Origin: Felis catus
Taxonomy: Eukaryota
Reading direction: 5' to 3'
Assembly (NCBI RefSeq): GCF_018350175.1
Contig: NC_058368.1
Location: 180,484,001 to 180,548,000 of the forward strand
Length of the DNA: 64,000 nucleotides
The translations under genes were made by a program, and so were the position numbers. Numbering within the stretch: the first letter of the stretch is position 1; the number at the start of each line of letters is the position of its first letter. Below the pieces are notes generated by a model. The model saw only the letters and a list, made by a program, of their open reading frames with translations. It made no database searches and was not told where the DNA came from. Shown here piece after piece: positions 13,512-25,645 of the stretch.

Positions 13512-16109
13512 TCTCTTGTTTTTTAAAAAGATGCCCACTTAAAACCTTGCCCCCTCTGCATGAGCAAAGAAGAAAGGCCAGTTTGCACATATGTGTTTCA
13601 GAGAATGTTTGAGTGGCAGGGTAACATATTTCATGAAGATGGTAAGGAGGAGAAATTAAGCTTTAAAAAAAAAGGAACAGAAATGTCAGCAGTGGTTTCT
13701 TGTTAGCTTCTAAATTCTTCAGGGAAATAAAGGCTGTGAAGACCTCTGCTGAGATTTTTCTTCCTATTCCATGTTTGTAACTCCCTGCCTCATGCTGTCC
13801 TTCCCACACACACTTCCTTTTGTATGATTGAGCCCAGAATGTCCCTTTTCTATAGCCATGCATTATTTGAGGTTCATAATTGGGCTCATGGACTGTTCTT
13901 TTCAATGATGGGAAACATGTCCTAAGCCGGAGAAAATTGGACTTGAAGAAACCTTGGCAATAGGAGAACCGAGGTAGAAGAGATGGCTTTTTAATTTATT
14001 TCTGGGTCCTCAGTGCTTAATACAGTGCTTGAAAATAAATCAAAATAAGTCTAGCACAGCCTACTCATTTTACAAGTAGAAGGGGTGTCTGAATAATGAC
14101 TCATTGCCCTTGTTTTTACCAGTTCCATTTTACAGATGTGTAAACTGAGATTCTAAGACATAAGGTGACTTTCTTGCAGTGACATAGCATATAATAGAGT
14201 CAAGATTCCAACTCAGCTCCTTCTAGTAAGTAGGTTTTGGCTTCTGAATTCATAACTGTGTGGGCTCTAGAGTGTCAGTGAAAGAGGAACTTCAGGACAC
14301 AGTCTGGTTGGAAGGGGGTAGAGGAGTATCCAGGAGATTATCTTGAACTCCTGCTTTCATTTGAATTGCCTATCTACTTGGAGTGGCTGGACATGGGAGC
14401 CGGCATACTGAGGTCATAGCTGAGTTTACAATGAGAGGGCAGGATTGAGGCAGGGGTTCTGAGTTCTAAGCAGAAGACAGACCAACCTGATTCTTTACCT
14501 CTACCAGTGCTTTCAACAAGACCCTCCTGGGGGATTAGGTATCAGGGGTTCGAAGCCCAAGCTGTCACCATTGGAAGGAGGAGCACTTTTCTCCCCATGC
14601 TGCCTGCCTTTCTCCCCCCTTTTTATCCCTTTCTTGTTCATTTACTAACTGAACTGGATTTCTTCTGGACAGGAGGCTACCCTGGGGCTGGTAGGAGAGG
14701 TTTTGACTTTCCCATCCAAGAGTCTTCTGGGTACTGGGGGCTAGGAGCTGTTGAGTCTTTCCCTGGAGGATGAGGAAATGAATTCTGCACTGAAGGAGGA
14801 GGTGGAAATCTCAGTTTCAAGGGTAGGGGTGTGGAGAGGAGAGAGAGAGTGTGAGCAGAGGGAGGGAGTTCCTGCAGAGCAGTGCTTTCCTCTGCCCCCA
14901 CCCCAGCAGCAGCAGAGGAGCCCTGGTGGGAAATAGGGGTGGGGGTGCAAGTGCAGTAACCAGCAAGCTGGCGGAAAGAAGCCTCTCTCGAGTATTTATA
15001 GAGCTTGCATCGCCATGGTACCCAGGCGCTGAAATTAAACTCCAGCCCAACTGCTTAGAGACGGGTGGGAAGAAAGGCTCTTTACCTGTCCATTGCTCAC
15101 AGTTTGACGTCTCATTCTCAGAATTTTAGATGAGCAATCTGAGGGAATTTTGTAAGATACTGGCAAGAAGAGTGTAGGGCTGGGGCTTAAACCCAGATAA
15201 GTTGCCTCAACAGGGGGGCTGGCGGAGTAGTGGAAAATACATAGGCAGGGGAGAAGAAATGCGTGCGCGCAACTTGGCTCTGCATCTTGGCTATTGTGTG
15301 GGGCTTTGAGCATATGAGACTGCATCTCCTTGAGCCTCAGTTTCCGTGTTTGTAAAATGAGAGCAACAGTACGCACTTTCCTGTCAACATGTGACAACTA
15401 CACGAGCTGATGTAAATGAAGCACACTCTCAGCCCCTGAAACACAGTGGTTCTTTTAAAGGTGGGCCCCTTTCTTTCTCAGCTCCTTAGTCGTTTATTCA
15501 ACCAGACTCTTGTCTGTCAGCTGTGTACCAGACCATGGGTGAAGCACTCAGGACACAGGGTGGTTTCTGGACTCATGGAGTTTAAGTTTGGCAAGGGGGA
15601 TATACACTGTACAAATCAACAACTGAAGAAGTAATTGCACATTGTGGTCAATAACAAGACAGGAACAATGGTGCTATGATAAAATTTCATAGGGTGGGGA
15701 TTGGTAGAAAATCTACTTTACATAGAGCCAAAGGAGAAAGCCCTTCTGAAGGGTAACATTTCTCCAGAAAGCTGAGGTGGCCAGCAATGTCAAGAGGCAA
15801 GGCATGTACATTCCAGCCTATGGGAGCAGCAGAGAGAAAGACCCTGAAGATTTGGTGTGTTCAATGCCCCCAAAGAGCACTGTTTCCATTCCACTGAAAA
15901 CCACAGGAGGTTGTTTCCATGAGGGAAACAAGGTAGGAGGTGGTCACCCTAAAATCTTGCAAGGTTCTCCAAACACATGGCTTCCTGCTCTGTCATTGAC
16001 ACACTGATTCAGACTGAACAGAGTTCTTTCTCCTCAGCCCTGGTTACTCAGCTGGGTACTTAGCCTCCAAAGGTCTGAAACAGCTCAGTAAAAGGTTAGA
16101 TCCTTTGTT

Positions 16110-17760
16110 TACTCCATCTTTAATTTTCAAAAGTTTAATTGTGTGTCTCAGTATGGATTTCTCTGGGTTCATCTTGTTTGGGGTTCGCTAAGCTTCTTGA
16201 AGCCGTAGTTTGATGATTCCTGTCAAAGTTGGGAACTTTTCAGCCACTATTTCTGATTCCTTTTACAGTTCCACCCTTTCTCCTCTCTTTGTGGGACTCC
16301 CATCTTTTATTATAGTTCCACAGATCCCCGGGGCTCTGTGCTTCCCGCGCCCCCCCCCCCCCCCCCCGCCCAGTCTATTTTCTCTCTGTTGTTCAGATTA
16401 GGTCATGTCTGTCCATTGTTCTCTTTTCCAGATCACTGATTCTTTCCTCTGTCTCTTACCTTCTGCTCTTGAACCCAGGCACTGAGCTTTTCATGTCTGA
16501 GTTGTTAAATTTTTCAGTTCAAACATTTCCATTTGTTCTCCTTTATGTCATTTATTCCTCTGCTAAGGCTTACTTTCTTTCTTTCTTTCTTTCTTTTTTT
16601 TTTTTTTTCATTTTGTGTTAACTGTGTTTATCATTACTTATTGATGCATTTTTACCATGACTGCTTTAAATTTTTTGTCAGAAATTCTAACATCTCTATT
16701 GTTTTAGTGTTGGCATCTATTGATTGTCTTTTTTTAAAATTCAGTTTGAAATCTCCCTGATCCTTGTTATGCTGAGTGGGTTTTTTTTTTCTTTTTCTTT
16801 TTCTTCTTTCTTTTTCTTTTTATCTGAAACCTGGACATTTTTATATTATGTTCTGAGACTCCGGATCTTATTAAACTAGTTGTTAGCTGGCTTTCTCTGA
16901 TACTGTTCCAGCAGAGGTGGGGGATGGTTGAAGGGGGTGGGGAGATATGGCACCCGGTTACTGCCAGGTGGAGGTGGAAGTCCAAATTCCCACTTGGTCT
17001 TGTTGACACCTGGGAGGTACCCTTTGGCCTTCTCTGACACAATCCCAGGAGTGTTGGGGCTCGTTATTAAAGCCTCTTAAAGAGGGAAGCTTAGGGGCGC
17101 CTGGGTGGCGCAGTCGGTTAAGCGTCCGACTTCAGCCAGGTCACGATCTCGCGGTCCGGGAGTTCAAGCCCCGCGTCAGGCTCTGGGCTGATGGCTCAGA
17201 GCCTGGAGCCTGTTTCCGATTTTGTGTCTCCCTCTCTCTCTGCCCCTCCCCCGTTCATGCTCTGCCTCTCTCTGTCCCAAAAATAAATAAACGTTGAAAA
17301 AAAAAATTAAAAAAAAAAATTTAAAAAAAAAAAAAAGAGGGAAGCTTAGGGTTCCTACTTGGCTTTTGCTGGTATGACTGAAAATTGGGCCACAGCTTTT
17401 TTTTTTTTTTCCCATGGTATTTAGCTAGAGTAAGATGGTTATTGTCTAAATGATTTCTGTGTGCTAGTCTGCCCCTTTTCTGGCCCTCTGGCTGACTTTT
17501 GTCAAACATTTTTTGTATGGACCTATTGACATTTCTGGGTTTTCTGTTTCTCCAGCACAACAGTCAGGGACATGTGAAGCAAAAAGAAAATCTAGGGAAC
17601 CCGTGTCATTTCTCAGGTCCTGAGGTCCCTAGCCACCTGCCTCCTTTTCTGCACTTGAAGAGTTGTCCTACATTTGTTTTCTGTATAATGTCCAAAGGTC
17701 TTGGTTTTACTTAGTGGAAGGAGTAGGGAAAAGTATACCTATTCCTTCTTTCTAGAAGCA
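16110..17760 (-). mobile_element. Old L1M fragment interrupted by a young SINE
   Basis: T-rich + strand with motifs (tttatcttgtttgg-like, aacttttcagccactatttc) also seen in the L1 sequence at ~63750-63900; no intact ORF. Confidence 0.6.
17094..17333 (+). mobile_element. Young felid SINEC_Fc-type element with perfect TSD
   Basis: ggggcgcctgggtggcgcagtcggttaagcgtccgacttcagccaggtcacgatctcgcggtcc with CpGs intact and a long A-tail. TSD aaagagggaagctta at 17079-17093 and 17334-17348. Confidence 0.95.
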
Positions 17761-18001
17761 GAAGTTTATTGCTTACTTTGAGCCAACAGAACTCAGTGTG
17801 TCTAAGTTGGAATTCACGCCTTTTTCTGCAGTTAGTTGCTCCCCTGTTCCTCCTCCCCACTCTACATCCCTATTTCCATTCATGTTTCCTACAGTTATCT
17901 AAGTAGGAAACTGAGAATTCTGCCTTTGTGGCCTCCCGTACTCTCTTCCTTATTTTTGACCTAAGCCCTAGCTCAGGCCCTTTTGTCTGATTCTTGTCAT
18001 T

Positions 18002-18015
18002 TGTTTTTTATTTAT

Positions 18016-18052
<37 letters not shown>

Positions 18053-18438
18053 CGCAAACACGTGTGAGCAAGCTGGGGGAGGGGCAGAAGGAGAGGGAGG
18101 GAAAGAATCTTAAGCAGTCTCCACGCCCAGCCTGACATGGGGCTCAGTCTCACATCTGTGAGATCATGACCTGAGCTGAAATCAAGAGTTGGACGCTTAA
18201 CTGAGCCATGCAGGCGCCCCTGTTTTTTTTTTTTCTTTTTTAATGTTTATTTATTTTTGAGAGAAAGAGAAAGTGTGAGTGCAAGCATGGGAAAGGCTAG
18301 AGACAGAGGAACAGAGGATCTGAAGTGGGCTGTATGCTGATAGCAGAGAGCCTGATGGAGGACGTGAACTCACGAACCGTGAGATCATGACCTGAGCCAA
18401 AATTGGATGTTTAGCCGACTGAGCCACCCAGGTGCCCC
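18002..18438 (-). mobile_element. Two tandem CanSINEs
   Basis: Two SINE bodies ending at ~18220 and ~18438; ttgtcatttg repeated on both flanks. Confidence 0.88.
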
Positions 18439-18776
18439 ATGACTGTTGTCATTTGAATGGTGTCTTAACTGATCTCATGACTTGTATTCTCCCCAATCTC
18501 TACCCCTCCTAATACCTCCTAATCTTTTTGAAGTGACTGTCGACAGGTGCATTCCTCAGAGTTAAACTGGAATATAGACTGACAATGAATACATGTGGAA
18601 AATGTTGGCTTTGATAAAGAGATTTCTTTACGGAAGGACTTCTCAGAGCATTCGGTGTACCTACATCCACAGTGAATTTTTCCAAGAAAGCCATACAGAA
18701 TGCAGAATTGCCCGAACTTTTTGACTACCATATCCTATTTCTTCCTGAGGCATCTCTGGAATACGGTGATATAAAA

Positions 18777-18981
18777 CAGAGGTTGGCAAATGTTTTCTGT
18801 AAAGTACCAGATAATAAATATTTTCAGCTTGGGAGGCCATGTGGTCTCCATTGTAACTACTCACCTCTTCTGTTGTAGCTGAAAGCGGTCATACACAGTA
18901 TGTAAACAGGTGGTTGTGTGCCAGTAAAACTTCATTTACGAAACAGACCTCTGGCCTGCAGGTTTTGGTTTACCTACCCCT
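18777..18981. mobile_element. MER58-like hAT-Charlie element
   Basis: Termini cagaggttggcaaa...tttacctacccctg and internal ttttctgtaaag...aaatattttcagctt. Confidence 0.7.
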
Positions 18982-19582
18982 GTTCTAAAACATCACTTTA
19001 ATTACAGAGACTTGGGTGTCACCCTAGGCCTCTCCCTTTCCTCTACTTCCTGTGTACATCCCACCTGCCAGGGCCTCGAACCCTATCTCCAAAGTATATA
19101 CATCTGTTGTGGTCTCCATTTCCACTTGTGCTACTTTAGATGCAGGCCGCCATCACCAGCACCTTATGCAGCTCCCAGCTGGCCTTCCTCTTTCGCTTAT
19201 CCCATCATTCTGTAGAGTGTGACAGAACGTTTGGTGTTAACCTCTTAACAGCTCTTCACTGGTCTTAGGATAAAGTCCCAGCAACTCCGTGCGTGTTGTA
19301 GGGTCCAGTGTGGACTGATCCTGGTGTGCTCTCCCAGTCTTGATTCCGTGCCTCCTGTGTGACTGAGTTTGTGTATGTGCCTTATACATGCTCTCTCTCC
19401 TCGCTCTGGACATGCACCCAGGCTCTTTTTCCTGTTTAGGCTACTCCCGCTTTGTCTTCAGCTGGTGAATTCTCCTTCAGCTTGCAGCTTAGATGTGCCT
19501 TCTGTCTTCACTGTCCACGGTTGGGTTGTGTGTCCCGCCATCTACTTTATTCTTTAGCGATCTGGCCTTATCATTAAAAAAA

Positions 19583-19792
19583 TTTTTTTTAAAGTTTATT
19601 TATTTTGAGAGAGAGCGCACCTGCATGCAAGCATGGGAGGGGCAGAGAGAGAGAGAGAGGGAGAGAGAGAGAGAATCCCAAGCAGGCTCCACACTGCCAC
19701 AGATGTGGGGCTCAAACTCAGGAACTGTGAGATCGTGACCTGAGCTGAAATCAAGAGTTGGTCACTTAACCAACTGAGCCACCCAGGCGCCC
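19583..19792 (-). mobile_element. CanSINE (SINEC)
   Basis: Typical tail, GA tract and head. Confidence 0.9.
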
Positions 19793-20239
19793 CTCTAGCC
19801 TCATCATTTTATTTCTGTTTTTTTTTTTTTTTTTCCTTTCTCCCAACTGGACCGTAAACCCTGTGAGGATAGGGTTGTTTATTTTATTTTTCCCACATCC
19901 CCAGTGCCTAAAGGCAGGCCTGGCACAGAGTGACATGGGCATGTGTCAGAGGACATACCTGATCAGGGCCCAAGATTCCCTGCCACCACCTTTTAACCAT
20001 TTTTCCTCCTTGTCGGGAGCAGATGGCATTAATCTGCTGGAAGAATTATGAGTCCATATGCCCCTCTAAGAAATAATTTGCCCATCTGTGGTGAGGAATA
20101 AGCATGCAGCATCCAAGGGTCCTTATGGAAAGATTTTTCTTCCTCGTTTGAGTCGGAAGGTTCTTTCTCAAAAGTCTTTATTTGAGAGCTCTCTAACTTT
20201 CTTTACAGAGTTCTATATCTGTCAAAACATGAAGAAGAA

Positions 20240-20590
20240 GCCAAATGCAATGATCCACAAGTGTATCCTGGAGTACCTTTTTAAACAAAAAGCTACAAAG
20301 AGCATCCTTGGGACAGCTGGGTAAACATGAAGAGGAACTGTGTGTTAGACACTATGATGTCAGTGTTAAGGGTCTCACAAGTGGTCATGGTACTTACTGT
20401 AGTTATGTAGAAGGATAACCCTAGTTCTTAGACAAAGGCAGAGGCATTTAGGGCAAAGTGTCATGATGTCTACAACTTATATTCAAACAATTTGGCGACT
20501 AGTTGAGCATTTCAGAGGGAGGGAAGGAGAGAGAAGACACATATGGACAAACATGTTAATTGGCGAATAATATCAAAGGTACTGTATATT
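20240..20590 (+). mobile_element. Old L1MC-like 3'UTR fragment
   Basis: aaatgcaatg...atcctgga...tttagggcaaagtgtcatgatgtctacaactta motif series. Confidence 0.55.
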
Positions 20591-23229
20591 TTATTCAGCT
20601 CTCATCTTAGCACAGCATCTGGCATGGGATACACCTTTGAAAATGTTGGCTGAACTGTGACAGCAACAACTAGATGGCCTAAAAAGTGTGCACTGAGTTA
20701 AGATGATCTATTGTCTTCCTATTTATGAACTTCAGATATTGGGCTGTGAGCAGCTTTGTAACCACAAACCAGCCAACAGTCATCTCTCTCCTGGTAAACC
20801 AAACGGTCTGAGCTCCAAATATGTTTCAAATTGCTTAACATTTTTACAGTAAGCCTTTATAAAGGAAACCAAACAAAGATAGGGAAGACACTTGCCCGGT
20901 TATAGTCCAGGTTAGGGAAAAGAAATCTGGGTTTGGATGTGACTGTGATGTTACAGTCTCTGATCCAAAATAAGGATGGAGACACACTCTGGCCCGTCTT
21001 CTTGGACGGCTCTCTGGATGTCCCTTTACGAGCTCAGCTGCAGGTGGCATGCAGCCTCCGATGTCCACCCCATGCTCCAGTTCAATGACTGAAATTGCCT
21101 GGAAGGCTGAAGACTTGCACCTGCGTGGAATCAGCAGGGATCCGTGGGCAGGTGGAACCCCTTCCCTGGCCTCAGTCACTTGGTGTCTTACGTTGCTATT
21201 TCATGGTGATCATACATAAGGTCCAGCCCAGAAGAGGAAGCCCCTACATTTGGCAGCCCTTAAGTCAATGTGACAGGCCTTCAGAGACTGGCTTGCCCTC
21301 CGACATGGCCATGGGCCAGAGGATGGGATGAGAGCAGGCATCAGTTAAGCCCCCGTAGGTGTCTTATCTCTGTCACCAGGGACTTCTGGGGTGGGGGTGG
21401 GGACAACAATGAGGGATAATAATGACAATTGTGGCCACTGACTGAGCACTTACCTGTTCCAGGCACTGAGCTGGCACTTCCCACATTTCTAGCCTCAAAA
21501 TTTAAGTAACCCAGGATTCAGCCCTGGGCCTGCCTGACATTAAGATGCAGGCTATAGGGTAGCCGATGCAATGTAAGCAACTCCCCACCCCGGGAATGTA
21601 GAAGAGTCCAGTGGCACATGGGGTCTTGGTAAAGTTCTAGATTAATCTAAATGGTGGTATAACTCATTACGAGGGCACAGAGAGTAAGAAACTCCTCCCT
21701 TCCACAGGTTTTCTTGTTTAGCTCCAGCACCTCCGAAAAGAAACTAATTTCCAATCAGCAAGTTAATAAGTAACACAGTTGCCCCTACGAGGGTCAAGGG
21801 TCACGAGCGTGCTATCAGTGAGTGCCTAGATTGGGCAGGGGGATTCCTGAGGGAGGTGGGAGGCAAATTCTGTCTCCACTGGAACCACTGACATGGACAC
21901 AGCCCACGGCCTGGAGTTTGTTCGGCAGAGCCCTCCTGTCCGCAGGGAGGCCAGGAACTCCCTTCTTCCAGGTGGTGGGGAAGCTCTCCATCTGTACCTC
22001 GCCTGATGAAGCGCGAGCTGGGGCTTGCATCACAAATGGAGCTTCTGAGCCAGAAAGCTGGCAAACCGTAAGTCCAGAGAGCCTCTGAGGAATGAATGAA
22101 TGCGTGTGTTTTGTGAACTTCAAAGGGTCATGCACAAATAAGTGACAGGTGCCTGAGTCTAGGCTTTGGCGGTGACCGGGAGCTGCTCCTGAGCCTGATT
22201 CTTCAGCTTCGCCTCTTGTACTGAAGATGAGTTGGGCTGACTTCTTCCCATCTGCACTCGAGAACCAGGGCCTGGGATGTGGGCTGTGTGTTTGGGACAG
22301 CGTGTGTTGTGTGCCTGGAGGTAGGGAGCGTGTATCTGCACTCTCAGATGTCTGTGGAGCCGACAGACCAGGTGGCTATTGCCACAGAGGTCCACTAGTG
22401 TTGCTGAATCCACCACACCGGTGATGTTCTTTTGTCTCTTTCCCCTTGCTGTGCCCTTCAACAAAGATGCTGGCCTGAGAAACAAACAGCAACACACACA
22501 CACACTTCATGATACTTCTCTCTCTGCTCCCCGCACCCTCTTCCTAGATTGCTTAAAAGCACCCCCTGCAAAACACGCTTTGTTGCACCTCTCCGGAGAG
22601 GTGAGAGGTGGGTAGAGGGTGTCTTGGGTTGAGTTCCCCTGGGAAAGACTCTGGGCTAGAGGTTTGCGTGCAGGCTGTTTCTTAAAGAGTGCACCAGGAC
22701 CACCTGGGAAGGAGTTGAGGGCCCAGGATTGGGCAGCATGGAAGTCAGGCTGTGATGGCACACCAAGGGTGATCTCAGCCAATCCTCTTTCCAGCTCTGG
22801 AGCTGGGATAGCCCTTCACCAAGGCATGCAGCCTGCCTTTGTACCCCTGTATTGACCAGACCAGTGCTAGATGACTCCCACCCTTCTACCAGACCTACCA
22901 GACAGCTCCCTTCCGAGAGGGGGGCTTTGAAGTGTCTGCAGGCAGCATTCTTGGGGCTGGTGGGGGGGAAAGGGGTGGGAGGGAGGAATAAATGCCTGAG
23001 TCCCCAACAAAGGGATCTGTGCCCACTGCAGGGGGTGGTATGCACTGTGGCCCAAACAGTGTCTTTGTGAGCTGGTTAAACCCACCCTTAAAATTTGGAA
23101 GAATGTAGAAAATGTTCTCTGGCTGCTTCTGCCACAGTTATTATTAATTTTATAATGGTGCCAGGCCAGAGTTCCTGACCCTTGAGTTTCAAAGTGCCCA
23201 CATCATTGAAGTCAACAGAGAAAGCTTTT

Positions 23230-23276
23230 TTAAAATTGTGGTTGACACCATGTTAGATTAGTTTCAGGTGTACAAT
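23230..23276 (-). mobile_element. 47-bp extreme 3' tip of an L1 with TSD
   Basis: gttgacaccatgttagattagtttcaggtgtacaat flanked by agagaaagctttt at 23217-23229 and 23277-23289. Confidence 0.75.
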
Positions 23277-24208
23277 AGAGAAAGCTTTTAACCCATGGAT
23301 ATCCTCTGTCTTTTCTTCTCCCCATGCCTCTTTGACGTTTTTATTCTCTTTTGTGTCCTACCACCCCAACCCCACACCAGTCTCCTGGAAATTTACTGAT
23401 TTCCATGATGTAGATATCCCCACCATGGCTCATTTCAAGCCACCAGGGTGATGTCACTGAACACAAGGCTGGGAGGAGACCCATGTATCAGCCTGGTGAG
23501 TGGTTCCTGAGTATAAGGAGTCCATGCTGTGTGGAGCCTCAGGGAGAAGCTGGGTTTGAGGCCATGAGGCAGTGGGGTGAGGCCTGCGTGTCATTGGTAG
23601 ATGAGGGCTTGTCTGCCTTCCCTCCGTTCTTAGGGCATCATCCATGCTCCATTTCAGGGGCTGTGTGACCGCCAGCAGAGGGGCAAGATGGGAGGGAGGA
23701 AATAAAACATGACCCTGTCATCTCGGGTCCTAGCACCATCCCCCAAGTGCCAGGGGAAGGTCCTCTCATTTGGACTGCTCTGACAGTCATCAGTGTAACG
23801 TTCATGAGGCTGCCCCTTGCTGCAGACAGAGCCCACAGCTGTTCTGTCTCAGGAATGCTCTATGCCTCTGGCTTCTCAGGGAGGTCTGGGGGGTGGAGGG
23901 AGGATCTGGGAGAGGTGGGGCAGAGCAATCAATTCTCTCCTCCTCTCTGGGCTCATGGCTCGGCTCGTGAACTCAGCTACTGAGAACTCCCGGATGGTGA
24001 GCCGAGGAGAATCAGGGCAGAGCTTTATTAGTCTAGTTCTAGAACCCCTGGCTTGGGGGCTGTTCCTTGGATGAACATAGGCAAGTCCTGGTAAATGTCT
24101 CCTTAGGGAGAATTAGCCTCCCTAACCAGAGGGCAGAGGCTTCTTTCCAAAGGCTGTGGTCTGGGGAGAAATGAGGGAGGGAAGGGGTCAGGCGAAAATG
24201 AGCTAGAG

Positions 24209-24453
24209 CAGTGATTCTCAATGGAGGGTGATCCCCCCCCCCTCCGGCCCTCATAAGGCATTTGGCAATGTCTGGAGACATTTTGGGTTGTCACAGCAGG
24301 GACACTCGGGACACACAGACAGGGAACCACCACTGGCATCTAGTGGGTAGAAGCCAAGGATGCCACTAAACACCCCACACTGCACCAAGCCAGCCCCCAT
24401 GACAGAGCACCCCTGGCTCCAAATGTTGCCGATGCCCAGATTGAGGAAACTCG
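24209..24453. mobile_element. MER20 hAT-Charlie DNA transposon
   Basis: cagtgattctcaa...ggcatttggcaatgtctggagacattttgggttgtcaca...actggcatctagtgggtagaagccaaggatgc...ttgaggaaac. Degenerate 8-bp TSD agctagag/cactagag. Confidence 0.85.
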
Positions 24454-25496
24454 CACTAGAGCAGAGGCTGGTCCGATGGGCAGAATAACCTCTCCTTACA
24501 TGGTTGACACTGAGGGGTAGTGTTGCTCCCCATATATTCAAGAGGAAAGGAGGGACTGAGGGACATCTAGTTCCCTATACACAGTTCAACCCAGGGAGAG
24601 GTTCTCTAGGCTGGTGTTGATAAGAGGTTTCCTGTCTTCCCAAGGGAAGGAAAAAGACCCATGGTAGGTGGGCAAGAACCTTGGCAGGAAGCCGTGAGGG
24701 GCTGGATGCCTTTTTGGCTATTAAGATGCAGTCTATATCTTCCCAGGACACTAGTGATACACACGCCCTTTTCCTTTCTTCCAAATCCCCATCACCCACT
24801 GTGTAGTTCTTTCCCCAGCACTTCCACGTTGTGTTGCTATTTTTTATGTTCCTCACTAGTTCCTGGGTAGCTGTGTTTTATTCATCCTTGTATCCCTAGC
24901 ACCTGGCTTTTCAACCGAACACCTAAGCTATGTTGGGCACTATTTATTGATAGAATGGACAAAATGAGTGTTGTCAGTAGATATCCTATCAGCAGTTAAC
25001 GTTTTTTGTCCAGGAAGTTATCTTCCTTGGGGGAACCATCCCTTCCCTCTTCTTTATGGTCCTGATGGGATTTGGGCCCATCCAAGTTCTCTGGGAGTTT
25101 GAGGGAGAATCTCTCTGCCTTTTCCATGGGTACCATGGGGACATAGGTGAGAGGGTGCTAGTAATCATCTTTCCCACATGTGGAGAAAGCCCACCTGGGA
25201 ATAAAGCCACATCTCAAGGGAAGCAGAACTGGAAGGGGAGCAAAGACATCCTTTGAGTGTCTGGATCCAGCCATGTCTGAAGCCATCATGTTTTTGAACT
25301 TCCCAGTTTTTGCTTTGAGTTAGTTGGGGTTCTGTCACATATCATCTCTAGTCTCCTGATTAATCTAGTGATGCCACCTGGGGGCAGAGCCAAGCACTGT
25401 TCATTGTCTCCATCTCCCGTAGCTCCTGTGCTTGCCTTAAAGGCAGCTGGATAGATTGCTTCTGGCCAGGGGCCCCGCCTTGGAATAAAATCTACA

Positions 25497-25645
25497 TGAG
25501 GTTGTGAGATCGAACCCTGTGTCAGGCTCCTTGCTGACAGCGTGGAGTCTGCTTCGGATTCTCTCTCCCCTCTTCTCTCTGCTTCTTCCTGCCTGTGCTC
25601 TTTCTATCTCAAAATAAATAAACTTAAAAAAAAAAAACCTTAAAA
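25497..25645 (+). mobile_element. 5'-truncated CanSINE
   Basis: gagatcgaaccc...ctctctcccc...aaaataaataaacttaaaa tail. Confidence 0.75.

Noticed and set aside
17094..17175. tRNA-like A/B boxes suggesting tRNA genes
   Set aside because: These are tRNA-derived CanSINE heads followed by CT tracts, A-tails and TSDs.
23670..23687. Second CTCF-like motif ccagcagaggggca
   Set aside because: An extra G disrupts the GGC core; too weak to call.
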